Assembly: GCF_059727195.1 (NCBI RefSeq) | Contig: NZ_AP043972.1 | Strand: one strand, 5' to 3' | Length of the DNA stretch: 40,000 nt | In this document: piece after piece, positions 20,031 through 30,739 of the stretch | How positions within the stretch are numbered: the stretch's first letter is position 1 | Layout: each line of letters begins with the position of its first letter | Made by a program: the position numbers and the translations under genes | Notes under the pieces: generated by a model | Told to the model about the DNA's origin: nothing | The model's input: the letters and a program-made list of their open reading frames with translations, nothing else | Databases searched by the model: none

Positions 20031-20905
20031 TAACTTTCGTCCTTCTGATCGTTTTCGAATTTACCTTCATTTTCTTGCTCATCATGAGGCTGATGTCGTT
20101 GCCCTTGTCGTTCATCTTGCTCAGTCAATACCCAGCGTTGTGCTGTAACATCATTGTGTTGGGCTTCATGGAGTCTGTCGGAGACAAGTGTGTCTGATGG
20201 TTTTAGTCGTATCCCTTCACTACTTTCCAGAATCCGGACTGTATGATTTTGTCCCCAACGCTGAAACTGATATGTCAATTCATTTTCGCGCGCATTGGCA
20301 TTATTAGCAGAATTATTTATATCATTCTGATTGAGCGTATGAACATTCCTTTGCTTTTCGATATGTTGAGTAAACATGGTTCTGTTATCAGCAAACCTTC
20401 TTTCGTTAGTAATGTCTAATGAATGGGCCTGCGGTCCATTTATTTTGTCTCCATCGCGGTATTTTTTTTCACGATCTTTATTATTACTGTGTTTTTGATC
20501 TGTGATGTATTCTGTATGGATACCATTATGGATTTTTTCCTTAAATTGTATCGTTTTATTAGATGGTTCAGAATCATTCCCCTGATCTCGTGAAGTCATA
20601 TTGAGAATTTTCTTTGTAGAAAATTTCTCTGTTCCATTTGTTTGCAAAGAAAGAGATGGATTCCTGTCAACCTGGAGAGATGATTTGTTGTCAATAGACT
20701 CCATGTGCCCATTTTTTTTCCCCAACGTAGAAAATTGGCTATCCTGAGTCTGACGTAATAACTGGAGAATGGTTCCAGCGACAATCTCACTCATTTCTTT
20801 ATTTTTTTTGTTTTTCTTTAAGAAACTGTCTAAATCTGAAGCAGAATTATCGGGTGTGTCTGTGTTTAAAATTTTACAGTGTTCAATTTTCTTGACTTCG
20901 TCCAT
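20030..20905 (-). CDS. eivJ: T3SS needle-length regulator (SctP, InvJ/SpaN-like)
   Basis: Start at 20905 with GGAGGAG RBS; hydrophilic, Q/N/K-rich ruler-type protein between SctQ and SctO as in SPI-1. Confidence 0.8.
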   Translation of the reverse strand: MDEVKKIEHCKILNTDTPDNSASDLDSFLKKNKKNKEMSEIVAGTILQLLRQTQDSQFSTLGKKNGHMESIDNKSSLQVDRNPSLSLQTNGTEKFSTKKILNMTSRDQGNDSEPSNKTIQFKEKIHNGIHTEYITDQKHSNNKDREKKYRDGDKINGPQAHSLDITNERRFADNRTMFTQHIEKQRNVHTLNQNDINNSANNANARENELTYQFQRWGQNHTVRILESSEGIRLKPSDTLVSDRLHEAQHNDVTAQRWVLTEQDERQGQRHQPHDEQENEGKFENDQKDES

Positions 20906-21350
20906 TATATTTCTCCTCCTGTTCAAGCTCGTCTTGATAAAGCATCTGATTTAAAAGTTGTTTTTTGATGCGCTTCTTTAGTCGATCGTACTTTTCTCCT
21001 TTTAGCCACCAGTGTTTTCTTTGTGCTTGCTGTTGAACTATTTCCTTGTTAAGTATTTTTCGCCGCTCTGCTATTTTTTGCTTTTCAAGATTTATCTCAG
21101 CGATCTGCTGCTGAATGACTGCAACTTTACGTAACGAGTAAAATATATCCTGTCGAAATACAACTTCGCCGAGTAACTCTTTCACATCTAACAGTGACTG
21201 TAGGTTTTTAAGTTGCATATCATACAGGCGTTCCTTTTCGGCTAACTTTTCTTTTTCTGCATTTAACTTTTGTAATGATGCTTCACATGCAGCCAGGCTC
21301 TGCGCTGTTCTTCTGATAAGTCGATTAACTTTACTTAACAATTCGTTCAA
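20883..21350 (-). CDS. eivI: T3SS stalk protein (SctO, InvI/SpaM-like)
   Basis: 155-aa coiled-coil protein overlapping the ATPase gene, same order as SPI-1 invC-invI-invJ. Confidence 0.8.
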   Translation of the reverse strand: MNELLSKVNRLIRRTAQSLAACEASLQKLNAEKEKLAEKERLYDMQLKNLQSLLDVKELLGEVVFRQDIFYSLRKVAVIQQQIAEINLEKQKIAERRKILNKEIVQQQAQRKHWWLKGEKYDRLKKRIKKQLLNQMLYQDELEQEEKYNGRSQEN

Positions 21351-22623
21351 GCTCTTTTAGCGTTTCACTCATTGGCATTTTTTCATTAACTGACTGTTTC
21401 AACCAATTTGTGAGTTTAGGCCGTGCATTCATAGCAAAATCATTTTCAGCATTTTGCCCAGCGCGATATTCCCCTAAATCAATAAACACCTGTAGATCTT
21501 CCAAAGTTGTGAGGATCTTCCTTACCCGCGCAGCATTATCTCTGTGTTTTTCATCAGTGACCTGACCAAATACTCGACTCACACTTTTTAGTACATCTAT
21601 TGCCGGATAATGACCTTGCCCAGCGAGTTTGCGACTTAGATAGATATGGCCATCAAGGATTGAGCGAATTTCATCACCCAGTGGGTCTGATTCATCCTCC
21701 CCCTCCAGTAATACGGTATAAAACGCAGTAATACTTCCTTTTAGTGTTGGTCCCGGCCTCTCCAGTAAGCGAGGTAAACTGTCAAAAACAGAAGCAGGAT
21801 AACCACGTCTGGCAGGTGGTTCACCCGCTGCCAGCTTCATATCGCGTAGTGCTCGTGCATATCGCGTCATTGAGTCGATAAAAAGTACAACTCTCTTTCC
21901 TCGATCTCTAAAATACTCTGCCACGGTTGTCGCCATCAGGGCGGCATTGCACCGATCTACTGACGAAAAATCAGAGGTGGCATAAACCAAAACACATTTT
22001 GCTGCATTTACTGATTTTTTCAGCGATTCCGCGCATTCCGTAACTTCCCTACCACGTTCGCCAATCAAGCCAATAACAAACACATCAGCTTCAGTGTTGT
22101 TTACAAGCATATGCATTAAAACCGTTTTGCCACAGCCAGCCGATGCGAAAATCCCAACACGTTGACCAATGCCACATGTCAGTACGCCATCAATGACTCT
22201 TATCCGTGTCTCTAGTGGTGTATTAATAACTCGACGTTCCTGATACGACGGTGGCAGTTCATCAATCAGGCGTAAATTTCCCCTTTCGCCTGGAGTGTCC
22301 GGGACAAACCTTTCCATAATTTGACCAGAAGCATTCAAAACTGAACCAAGAAAGGCATCACTGATCTGTATGGTTAACTGCTCTCCCGTTGGTTTCAAAA
22401 CTGCAGTACGTGTAAGCCCCACAGAGCTGCCTATAAGGTTTAATAATGTCTTTCCATTGCGAAAGCCAACGACCTGAGCCCTGGCTATACGTTCATTTGC
22501 TTGCCAGCTCGCATAAATTTCGCATACTTCGCCCACTGAAACGTCGTCAAGCTCTGCTTCAATCAGCGAGCCGTTTATGCTATGTAAGTAGCTGTATTTA
22601 TTTAATAGTTTTAATTTTTTCAT
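21331..22623 (-). CDS. eivC: T3SS ATPase (SctN, InvC-like)
   Basis: Walker [48 protein letters not shown]. Start at 22623 preceded by GGAGC; ORF opens at 22650. Confidence 0.95.
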   Translation of the reverse strand: MKKLKLLNKYSYLHSINGSLIEAELDDVSVGEVCEIYASWQANERIARAQVVGFRNGKTLLNLIGSSVGLTRTAVLKPTGEQLTIQISDAFLGSVLNASGQIMERFVPDTPGERGNLRLIDELPPSYQERRVINTPLETRIRVIDGVLTCGIGQRVGIFASAGCGKTVLMHMLVNNTEADVFVIGLIGERGREVTECAESLKKSVNAAKCVLVYATSDFSSVDRCNAALMATTVAEYFRDRGKRVVLFIDSMTRYARALRDMKLAAGEPPARRGYPASVFDSLPRLLERPGPTLKGSITAFYTVLLEGEDESDPLGDEIRSILDGHIYLSRKLAGQGHYPAIDVLKSVSRVFGQVTDEKHRDNAARVRKILTTLEDLQVFIDLGEYRAGQNAENDFAMNARPKLTNWLKQSVNEKMPMSETLKELERIVK

Positions 22624-22654
22624 ACCAGCATGCTCCATATCGCAAGACATTATC

Positions 22655-24715
22655 CTAAATAGTTTTCAGAATATTAACGGGAACATTTTCCGTTAGTTCC
22701 CCGTACGAAAGTACTTCGAGGTCTCGATAACTAGATTCAATAAGTTTTTTGATAAAACGACGAATATCCACAGATCCCAGTAAAATAATGTCTTTAATAG
22801 GAATATTGATTCCAGAAAGTGCCAGTTTAAAATTATCCAGAATCATCTCAGCTTCGGATGCATCGAGATTAAGAAAAGTACCGCCAGCGGTAGGCCTGAC
22901 ACCATCTCTGATTCTGTCCTCTATTTCAGGCGAAATCACAATTGCTTTAATTTCTCCAGAATATGAAAACTTATGGCAAATGTAGCGACCTAATGCACCT
23001 CGTACATGCTCGACGAGTGTAATTATATCTTTCTCCCGTGGACTCCATAATGCTAAAGCCTCCATAACTAAACGCATATTGCGCACTGAAATTCGCTCCT
23101 GGATCAGACGCTGAATTACCTCTGAAATGCGCTGCACGGTTATATATCTTAATATTTCTTTTAATAGATCAGGATACTTCATCTCTAATTGATCAAGAAT
23201 ATATTTGGTTTCTTGTATACCAAAATACTCATTAATATTATGCGCCAGACATACAGATAAATGATTGTACATTTCATCCATGGCCGTGCGAGTATAACAG
23301 CCAATTTTTGTTAATTTTTGGGCATCACTTTTTGTAACCCAATAATATTGTTCACCATTACTATTTACGATGACAGGTTTCTTGATCAAAGTCGAAACCA
23401 CTTCATCTGAATATTCAACCAACAAGACGAGATCATGATAAATTTTAAATTGCGAGGCTCTGACTTCATTTAGCATTAATATGACATCTTCATCATTAAG
23501 GCCTTCCCCCTCGCGAATGACAATACCGGGAATACGGATACCATACTCAATAAAAAACTGACTACGAATCCTATCAGCAAGATTGATTTCAGTGTATTTT
23601 TTAGCCTGTACACTATTCATAATCAAAACCAAGGGTACCGTTTCGGTAATAACCTGATCAAGTTTATTAATAATACCTAATGAAATATCATCATCCTGAT
23701 TATAGGGTTCCAACCCAACGGTGATATCGCCCTCAACAACCGTTTCTTCAACCCCTTTCTTTTTGAATTTAAAGTAAAAATAAATTCCTAAGATTACTGC
23801 CAAACATAAAAACACAAGAAGGGGAAAACCTGGAAGCAACCCAATACTTAGCGCGAGGACACATGTCACAATAATGACAAAAGAATTACTTAATAACTGG
23901 GACATTATATTTTGCCCCATATTATCACTATCGCCATTCACGCGCGTTACGATAAACCCTGCACTAATAGCAATTAATAAAGCTGGAATTTGTGAAACAA
24001 GACCATCACCGACGGTAAGAATTGTGTAGACGGTCAACGCTGTCGAGAAATCCATTCCATTTTGGCCTACTCCTACTGATAGCCCACCGATAATATTAAC
24101 AAAGATAATAATAATGTTTGCAATAGCATCACCTTTGATAAATTTCATCGCACCATCAAAGGAACCATACAGCTGACTCTCTCGTTCTAATACGCTACGA
24201 CGTTCTTTTGCTAAATCGGCATCAATGATCCCGGCGCGTAGATCGGCGTCAATACTCATTTGTTTACCTGGCATACCGTCAAGCGAAAAGCGGGCAGCAA
24301 CTTCAGCCACACGTTCCGAACCTTTAGTAATCACGATAAACTGAACAATAGTAACAATGGAGAAAATAACAAAACCAACTACCAGGCTATCTCCAATAAC
24401 GAATTCACCAAAACTCGTTATAATTTCTCCGGCGTCCGCCTCAAGAAGTATAAGTCGGCTGGTACTGATCGCCAGCGCCAAACGAAATAACGTTGTGATG
24501 AGAAGAATTGATGGGAATGAAGAAAAACTTAAGATCCTATCAACATAGAATGATCCTAAAAACACAAGTATTGCCAATGTTAAGTTCAGCCCAATCAAAA
24601 AATCGATTAAGTAGGTGGGCAATGGAATTATGAGCATGGCGATAATCATCACCATTAATCCAAGAATTATTAATTCTGGATGACTCCTTAACCCTATCAA
24701 AACTTTGTTAAACAT
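22655..24715 (-). CDS. eivA: T3SS export gate protein (SctV, InvA-like)
   Basis: 686-aa full-length FHIPEP family: [27 protein letters not shown] and FVKGDA-type motifs; soluble cytoplasmic C-terminus. Confidence 0.96.
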   Translation of the reverse strand: MFNKVLIGLRSHPELIILGLMVMIIAMLIIPLPTYLIDFLIGLNLTLAILVFLGSFYVDRILSFSSFPSILLITTLFRLALAISTSRLILLEADAGEIITSFGEFVIGDSLVVGFVIFSIVTIVQFIVITKGSERVAEVAARFSLDGMPGKQMSIDADLRAGIIDADLAKERRSVLERESQLYGSFDGAMKFIKGDAIANIIIIFVNIIGGLSVGVGQNGMDFSTALTVYTILTVGDGLVSQIPALLIAISAGFIVTRVNGDSDNMGQNIMSQLLSNSFVIIVTCVLALSIGLLPGFPLLVFLCLAVILGIYFYFKFKKKGVEETVVEGDITVGLEPYNQDDDISLGIINKLDQVITETVPLVLIMNSVQAKKYTEINLADRIRSQFFIEYGIRIPGIVIREGEGLNDEDVILMLNEVRASQFKIYHDLVLLVEYSDEVVSTLIKKPVIVNSNGEQYYWVTKSDAQKLTKIGCYTRTAMDEMYNHLSVCLAHNINEYFGIQETKYILDQLEMKYPDLLKEILRYITVQRISEVIQRLIQERISVRNMRLVMEALALWSPREKDIITLVEHVRGALGRYICHKFSYSGEIKAIVISPEIEDRIRDGVRPTAGGTFLNLDASEAEMILDNFKLALSGINIPIKDIILLGSVDIRRFIKKLIESSYRDLEVLSYGELTENVPVNILKTI

Positions 24716-25853
24716 TGAACATTACCTTCTTCCATGGTTTTTTATTTTGTTTTTTATTACTGTTTTGTGTATCAAAGAGCTCTGCTGCAAATGTTACTTT
24801 TATTGCCTGTTTACAACACTCCCTAATCTCTAATAATTGTTCATTATTAATAAAAAGTGAAAATGGAAGATTTGTACATCCGCTGTAAATCGCCTTCAGG
24901 AGTAACGTTTTGTCTTTATAATTAGCATCTGCGGGTAGGGTTACCAGTGCATTTTTCAGGAGTTCCTCTGCAGTCTCAGGAAATTTTATTAACGATATCA
25001 GAAAAAATATCCAATAATCTTCTGCGCTAATAAATTTTTTAATTATTGGGTTATTCATTAAAGTTTTCAGAAATAAAGCCTCTGCCGACTGAAGAGACAA
25101 TAGTTGTGACAACTTATTGAGAAACATACCAAATTCCAATGATGAACAGCTCGCATCAAGTGCATTTATATCTGAGAAAAGCGTCTCTTTGATAAATTTT
25201 GTCACCAGCATTCTATTTTGATAGCCATAACTACCAATCCATTCGACATAAGTATCTACAGCATCGTCTTCTGCCATTAAAAATTGTCGATAACTTGCCC
25301 TTAGTAATTTTGGATTTAATGACAACGCCTGGCCAAATAACTTTGCTTTTAATGCCGAATTAATACCGCTATTAATGAATTTTTTAGTAGTCTCTTGATT
25401 AACTTTTTTAAGTAATGCTTCAGCATTTAGCCGCACATTTTCAGATATTTGTTTTTTACGTAAAATTGCACGTAATACAACCACCAGATCGCTTTCATCT
25501 GGAAATAATTTTTTAGCAAAGCTATACACTTCATAGTCATGGGTAGTTGCTGCCTTAAGCGCCTCCATGACTTTATCGGTTTTTTCTATTGGCTGATCTT
25601 CCAGGACATATTCTTCTCCGTCCAGAAAGTTGGCCAGTTGTTCTTCGTAGATTTTTTTCTTCATAAACTGCGTTAACGCTGCTGACATCTCGTCAGTAGC
25701 TTGTAAGAATCGAGCTTCTTTACCGGCGGGATCATCTCCCATTTTAGGCATTTCAGCTTCAATATCTTCATTATCTTCTGTGATAATGTCCTCTAAGCGA
25801 GAAACTTCTCTGGCTCTTTCTAATACACCGACATGTTCTACATGAATCGCCAT
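24708..25853 (-). CDS. eivE: T3SS gatekeeper (SctW, InvE/MxiC-like)
   Basis: 381 aa from 25853 (GGAGG RBS); helical InvE-like protein between secretin and SctV genes. Confidence 0.87.
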   Translation of the reverse strand: MAIHVEHVGVLERAREVSRLEDIITEDNEDIEAEMPKMGDDPAGKEARFLQATDEMSAALTQFMKKKIYEEQLANFLDGEEYVLEDQPIEKTDKVMEALKAATTHDYEVYSFAKKLFPDESDLVVVLRAILRKKQISENVRLNAEALLKKVNQETTKKFINSGINSALKAKLFGQALSLNPKLLRASYRQFLMAEDDAVDTYVEWIGSYGYQNRMLVTKFIKETLFSDINALDASCSSLEFGMFLNKLSQLLSLQSAEALFLKTLMNNPIIKKFISAEDYWIFFLISLIKFPETAEELLKNALVTLPADANYKDKTLLLKAIYSGCTNLPFSLFINNEQLLEIRECCKQAIKVTFAAELFDTQNSNKKQNKKPWKKVMFNV

Positions 25854-25857
25854 TTCA

Positions 25858-27561
25858 CTATCCTCCGACGACTTCACGATTCAGGTAAGTTTTTATCCAT
25901 TTCTGCAGTAATTCATCGTTGATTTCTTTATTTTTTGCCATTTGCTGTGTTATTGCTCTGGCGTCAACCGCAGCCTCATTCGCATTATTCATCATGCGCT
26001 CATCGATCTCTCTTGGCTCAATAAGAAAGACACGAACGATGTTATTCGCATTTGTTCCTTCATATCCAAATAATTTACCAATAAATGGAATACTGCCTAA
26101 TATTGGGATCTTGCGACTTTCATAGGTATTCGTATCTCGTGTATATCCACCAATCAAAAGACTTTTCCCTTGAGGCACGCGCGCAATAGTACTTATAAGC
26201 GTTCTACCAACCTGAGGCAGATCATCAACATTGGTCTTGTCAGAATTGATTTCATTGCCATCTTCAATATTCAAGAGTAATTCAATTTGATTTCGCGAAG
26301 CAAATCGTGGTAGCACGCTAATCATCGTACCATAGGTTACTTCATCTAACTCCGCAGTACGCTCGCCGACTAATTTAGTATAGAAAGTACGGTTATTATC
26401 AAATATAGCAGGAATATTCTCCTGTGTTAAAACAACAGGACGAGCAACAACGGCGGCTCTTCTTTTTTGCGCAAGTGCCTGTATTGTTGCAATAAACTGT
26501 GTCCCATCCAGGGTACTAATTGAACCTGAATTATTAAATGATGCACTTAAGCTGGATCCAATTTTTATCGTGCCCGACCAGTCAGCTCCTAACTGTTCTA
26601 GATCAGTCTTATCAATATCTATTATCCATAAAGATAATTCAATGTGACGCTTTGGAATATCGAGTGTAGCTACTAACTTCTCGATAAAATCAACCTGAGA
26701 TACTGTTCCTTTAACAAGTAAACTGTTGGTATCAGGATATGCAATAATTTGTATATCGTCAGTCTCTGGCGCTCCAGCTGTCGATATTATTTTCTCTACT
26801 TGTAGATCATCATCTTCTTCAGCACCAGGAAAAGGAGGCATACGTGATACGTTTTTTAGTTGTTGACGACTTGAAATTTCAGAAAGTACGTTAACCCCAG
26901 TGCTTTGCTTAATGTTATTATTTAACAACGTCGATAGTACTTTTGCCATGCCAGGAATAACTATCTTTTCGCCACGTAATTCATAAGTCCGATCATTAAC
27001 GAATGTGTTGACCAGGTGAATAATCCCTACTTTATTGCGTCCGATCTCGATGCCATCACTGTTTTGCTCCATTAATTTTGCAGCATTAACGACCAGGTCA
27101 ACATACACCGGTGGCCCTGAAACATAGAAAGTACCATTGCCGCCCCCTTTAATTTCATAACGAGAGTTATACAGACCCGATTTTTTTAAAAAATTATTAA
27201 ACTCATTCGTCGATACCTTTCTCAGATTAATCAGCGCATTACGCATCTCTGATGAGTCATAGATATAAATAGCTTTGCCATCATCGTACCAAATAAGTCC
27301 CATCTGCGCCGACAGGCGTTCAATCAAGGCATAGGGTTCGGTTAAATCAAAATTTCCGCTGATCTGTTTCTTCATGGCAAGCTTACTTACTATTGTAGGC
27401 TTACCCGCATATGATGAAACCGTTTCAAAAAAACTACGTAGATTTTCTTTATTTGCTACGTATCCATTCGCTGTTGCGGCATATGCACCAGGAGTCAATA
27501 ATCCATTAAAAATGCATAAGGCTGAAATTAATATAATAGTAATACGTAATTTTATTTTCAT
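25858..27561 (-). CDS. eivG: T3SS outer-membrane secretin (SctC, InvG-like)
   Basis: 567 aa; signal peptide; secretin motifs (VPQGKSLLIGGYTRDTNTYESRKIPILGSIPFIGKLFG). Confidence 0.95.
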   Translation of the reverse strand: MKIKLRITIILISALCIFNGLLTPGAYAATANGYVANKENLRSFFETVSSYAGKPTIVSKLAMKKQISGNFDLTEPYALIERLSAQMGLIWYDDGKAIYIYDSSEMRNALINLRKVSTNEFNNFLKKSGLYNSRYEIKGGGNGTFYVSGPPVYVDLVVNAAKLMEQNSDGIEIGRNKVGIIHLVNTFVNDRTYELRGEKIVIPGMAKVLSTLLNNNIKQSTGVNVLSEISSRQQLKNVSRMPPFPGAEEDDDLQVEKIISTAGAPETDDIQIIAYPDTNSLLVKGTVSQVDFIEKLVATLDIPKRHIELSLWIIDIDKTDLEQLGADWSGTIKIGSSLSASFNNSGSISTLDGTQFIATIQALAQKRRAAVVARPVVLTQENIPAIFDNNRTFYTKLVGERTAELDEVTYGTMISVLPRFASRNQIELLLNIEDGNEINSDKTNVDDLPQVGRTLISTIARVPQGKSLLIGGYTRDTNTYESRKIPILGSIPFIGKLFGYEGTNANNIVRVFLIEPREIDERMMNNANEAAVDARAITQQMAKNKEINDELLQKWIKTYLNREVVGG

Positions 27562-28307
27562 AACTTTTTACATAGTTCTCTCGGTGTTTTTCCTAACCGG
27601 CTTTTTACTTCGGCTGAAAAGTGTGATGAGGATGAGTAGCCATATTTATGCGCAATAGTTGTCATATCACTGTTTCCTTCAATGATTTCCAACACGGCTC
27701 TGGCAACTCTCCAGCCACATAATTCCGTTTTAACTTTACCACCCAATGCATAACTACATAAACGGCGAAAATGTGAATACGATACGCCGTAAAGCTCACC
27801 AAGATCATAGAGCGAAGTCTGTATGAGCGATTGCGATAATAAATAGCGAACCAGTTTATAGCATTCTGTTTTTCTTAGATGCTGAAACAGAATTTCATTA
27901 ATATTATCGCTGCTCAGATAAGTGGCTAAAAACCAGGCTTCACTTGCAACTTTACTGAATAGCACAACTTCTGATGCAAAGGGCAAGGCATCAGCAAACA
28001 ACTCATGGCGTTCCCTTTCCACACTCCCCGTTGACTCATCAATAAAAGCTAATAATTTACTCAGGATATCAATGCGAAGTGGATGATAAATTACTTTCCC
28101 TGCAGTTACCTCAATTTGGCTTCGGTCAATGAGCAGTAATATGTCTTCCACTACCATTAATTTTTGATGGTTATTACCAATCGTAATAACAAGGGTTACA
28201 TCCTTGTTTTCATTTCCCCGTAAGAACCACATTTCAGGGTCCAGTAGGGTTAACTTCTGTCCTTGAAGCAAAACATTCATTGGAAGTAACAGCCCTTCTT
28301 CAATCAT
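27558..28307 (-). CDS. eivF: InvF-like AraC-family transcriptional regulator
   Basis: 249 aa; AraC HTH (SQTSLYDLGELYGVSYSHFRRLCSYALGGKVKTELCGWRVARAVLEIIEGNSDMTTIAHKYGYSSSSHFSAEVKSRLGKTPRE); RBS AAGGAG before ATG at 28307. Confidence 0.93.
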   Translation of the reverse strand: MIEEGLLLPMNVLLQGQKLTLLDPEMWFLRGNENKDVTLVITIGNNHQKLMVVEDILLLIDRSQIEVTAGKVIYHPLRIDILSKLLAFIDESTGSVERERHELFADALPFASEVVLFSKVASEAWFLATYLSSDNINEILFQHLRKTECYKLVRYLLSQSLIQTSLYDLGELYGVSYSHFRRLCSYALGGKVKTELCGWRVARAVLEIIEGNSDMTTIAHKYGYSSSSHFSAEVKSRLGKTPRELCKKL

Positions 28308-28652
28308 GTTTCATCTCCTTATTCCATATTCTCATTCTCCATAAACTTGCAATAAAAACATGATTAAAAAGTGATGATTCCTATTTATAAAATAATGATT
28401 TTGTTATGAGCGAATAGCTATCAGCCACTTACAGTAGTAAGTCATTCTGTCCATATACAGAATTGCAACTGTTGATATGTTTTACTTAAACATACCCCGT
28501 ATTTCTTATAACACTTGTTTGGTGACTATTTTCAATAAAAATCATATTTGTTAGTTACACATTAACGTACTGCGAGTGTTTTGTTACTCCCCGCATATAT
28601 TTTATTCTCTTTTTCGATTCTATTTTTCTTAATCGTTCATATAATTTTCTTG

Positions 28653-28832
28653 TTAGTCGGATTTACGAATCATGAGACTTATGATGGATGGAATGAGGCT
28701 AAGCGGCCAGGTCAACCCTGTAATTACTGCAGCAAACAACCGATATGTTACTTTTTCTTCCGAGAAGATAAATATTAAGGTCGATGTCACAACCAGACCT
28801 ATCAGGTAAGCTAACAGTAATTTATTGATCAC
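28653..28832 (-). CDS. GhoT/OrtT-family small membrane toxin-like protein
   Basis: 59-aa ORF with GTG start and GGGAGG RBS: MINKLLLAYLIGLVVTSTLIFIFSEEKVTYRLFAAVITGLTWPLSLIPSIISLMIRKSD; shares YxIG, IxxFxSxEKxxxRLxxAxxxGxTWPxSLP-like pattern with GhoT/OrtT. Confidence 0.78.
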   Translation of the reverse strand: MINKLLLAYLIGLVVTSTLIFIFSEEKVTYRLFAAVITGLTWPLSLIPSIISLMIRKSD

Positions 28833-28869
28833 TTTTACCTCCCTTACGATTTCTCTTTGAGCGGTCCTT

Positions 28870-30507
28870 TTAATCCAGGACCGCCTCATTATGAAAACTA
28901 TTTATTTCCCTCATCATGATAAGGTTGGACATTTCTTTCAACATAAGAGTCATTGAGGCTTTCGACCAGTTTAGCGGAATGATAGGGCTTGGCGCTTCAT
29001 GCAAAGTTCCTGACTTGTGGATATAGTTATAGCTTTCGGGAAGTGCCATTTCAGGTACGCTCCTGCCATTTGCACCAATCATATTCTCGCCTGTTATTTG
29101 GGCCAATGATCTATTCATAAATTGCACTGAGTCATTCAAATATTCTTCTTTTCTTGATTCTTTATAAACAATTGCTGCTGATTTTGCATACCATGAGTCA
29201 AAAAACCATTCTGCTTCTGTTGATGGAATGAAGCTCTTTTCTCTTTTCGCATGTGAATTTTGATCGGTATCAGTTTTAATATCATTGAACCAAAAATTTG
29301 CCGACTGATAATTATCCTTCTCGTATCTTTTTATACCATACGGACCTGCTAATTTTTTAACTATTTTTAGAACTTGCTCTTTTCTTCTGGTGTTTATCTT
29401 TGAAAGATTTGCAGGATAAATAACATTAAGTAAGGCCGCATCAGCTTCTCTGTAATGTTTATCTTTTTCCAGATAACCAGGGGATTCTCCCCCTAAATCA
29501 AGTTGTAGCGTTATTCTTTCATAACCTTTATCTATGAGGTGGTTCAACCTCGTTGTTGAAAGAGGTTCATCCAGTTCATTGGCTTTAGCTTCGCGCAGTA
29601 AATCAGAGATAAAAACAGAGTCTTTCTTCGAGAGTAAGTTCGACAAACGTTCCAGTCCAGAGGTCACCAGTGCAACGGAAGATGTGTTTAATCGGGCATC
29701 TTCTTCCCACGCTCCAGAATCTTCCATAATATAGAAATTGGCTTTATCCAGATAAGCAACCAACAGCGCAATCGATTTTAATCGGTCACCTTTTTCCCAG
29801 TCTTCAGCGTTAATAGTACCAGTGTCGATGGCTTGTATAAGGAGATCAAGATAAAGACCTAAAGCATCATTTTGTTTATGGTTCCACAGCTGCGGCTTGC
29901 CTTCTTCCTGTACATCAGCCATCACGGGGGAGTTGCTGTCAAATCGGATATGTACAGCATTCATTTGCCCAGGAATACCATCCAGTCGTTTTGGGTTGCT
30001 AATGACGTCCTGCATCCGCTTAATCTGGTCGGGCGTAGACATATAATCCCACAGAGTGAGCAGAACCTTTTTTGCGGCTACACTATTTCCCTGATCTGAT
30101 ACTAATGCCATATAGCCCCATAAACTATCCCTCAGCCAGACAGCATCATAGTGGGTTTCTGCCGCTGTTTTGTCATCTTCGAAAGTAGAAGCAAGAATAA
30201 ATGTTCCCCAGGGTTTCTCCGTCAACGTTAACTTTCGTGTATTTTCTGTTAATGTTAGCAATCCTTGAATTTCGTCTTTGGTATAGTGGCTCTTTATTTC
30301 ATTTTTTAATTTGGCTGAGTGAATCAGAAGACGATAATTAGGATACTTATCTGGATTTAACGATAAATAACTTTTATCAGTTGCTGCCCCCGTGGAATTA
30401 AGAATGTTAAATACAGATTCACTCGTCACTTCTGCCCCTGTCGCCTGGCATGTGCCGCATGAAAATATACCAGCGAGCAGAAGAGTTAATGTAGATTTCC
30501 CTTTCAT
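28870..30507 (-). CDS. ygeQ: exported GH15/phosphorylase-kinase-like (alpha/alpha)6 glycosidase-type protein; K-12 ygeQ is probably a fragment of it
   Basis: 545 aa from the ATG with GGAATC upstream; signal peptide (KGKSTLTLLLAGIFSCGTCQATG); motifs YDAVWLRDSLWGYMAL, WNHKQNDALGLYLDLL, SSVALVTSGLERL, GGESPGY, YNYIHKSGTLHEAPSPIIPLNWSKASMTLML. Gene name inferred by position. Confidence 0.6.
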   Translation of the reverse strand: MKGKSTLTLLLAGIFSCGTCQATGAEVTSESVFNILNSTGAATDKSYLSLNPDKYPNYRLLIHSAKLKNEIKSHYTKDEIQGLLTLTENTRKLTLTEKPWGTFILASTFEDDKTAAETHYDAVWLRDSLWGYMALVSDQGNSVAAKKVLLTLWDYMSTPDQIKRMQDVISNPKRLDGIPGQMNAVHIRFDSNSPVMADVQEEGKPQLWNHKQNDALGLYLDLLIQAIDTGTINAEDWEKGDRLKSIALLVAYLDKANFYIMEDSGAWEEDARLNTSSVALVTSGLERLSNLLSKKDSVFISDLLREAKANELDEPLSTTRLNHLIDKGYERITLQLDLGGESPGYLEKDKHYREADAALLNVIYPANLSKINTRRKEQVLKIVKKLAGPYGIKRYEKDNYQSANFWFNDIKTDTDQNSHAKREKSFIPSTEAEWFFDSWYAKSAAIVYKESRKEEYLNDSVQFMNRSLAQITGENMIGANGRSVPEMALPESYNYIHKSGTLHEAPSPIIPLNWSKASMTLMLKEMSNLIMMREINSFHNEAVLD

Positions 30508-30739
30508 AAAAGATTCCATCAATCGTTTGTTAAAAGCGTAGATAACCACTTATTTAACAACTTGAAAATAAGGTATTTTACCTGGGTTGTTACAAATGGA
30601 TTGCATTGCGTAAACGCTTTTATTTACAAAAAAATGGGGAAGTATTACGGCGATTGCGAAAAGTCTGAAGCGATTGAATTAAGATAATATAGAAAATCAG
30701 ATACAACAAAAATGGCAGGTTGATGAGGTGAAGATAAAT

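Noticed and set aside
28581-28778. 65-aa plus-strand ORF antisense to the GhoT-like gene
   Set aside because: Overlaps the better supported minus-strand toxin-like gene and lacks a convincing RBS; could be considered as an antisense antitoxin transcript but no sequence support for a protein.
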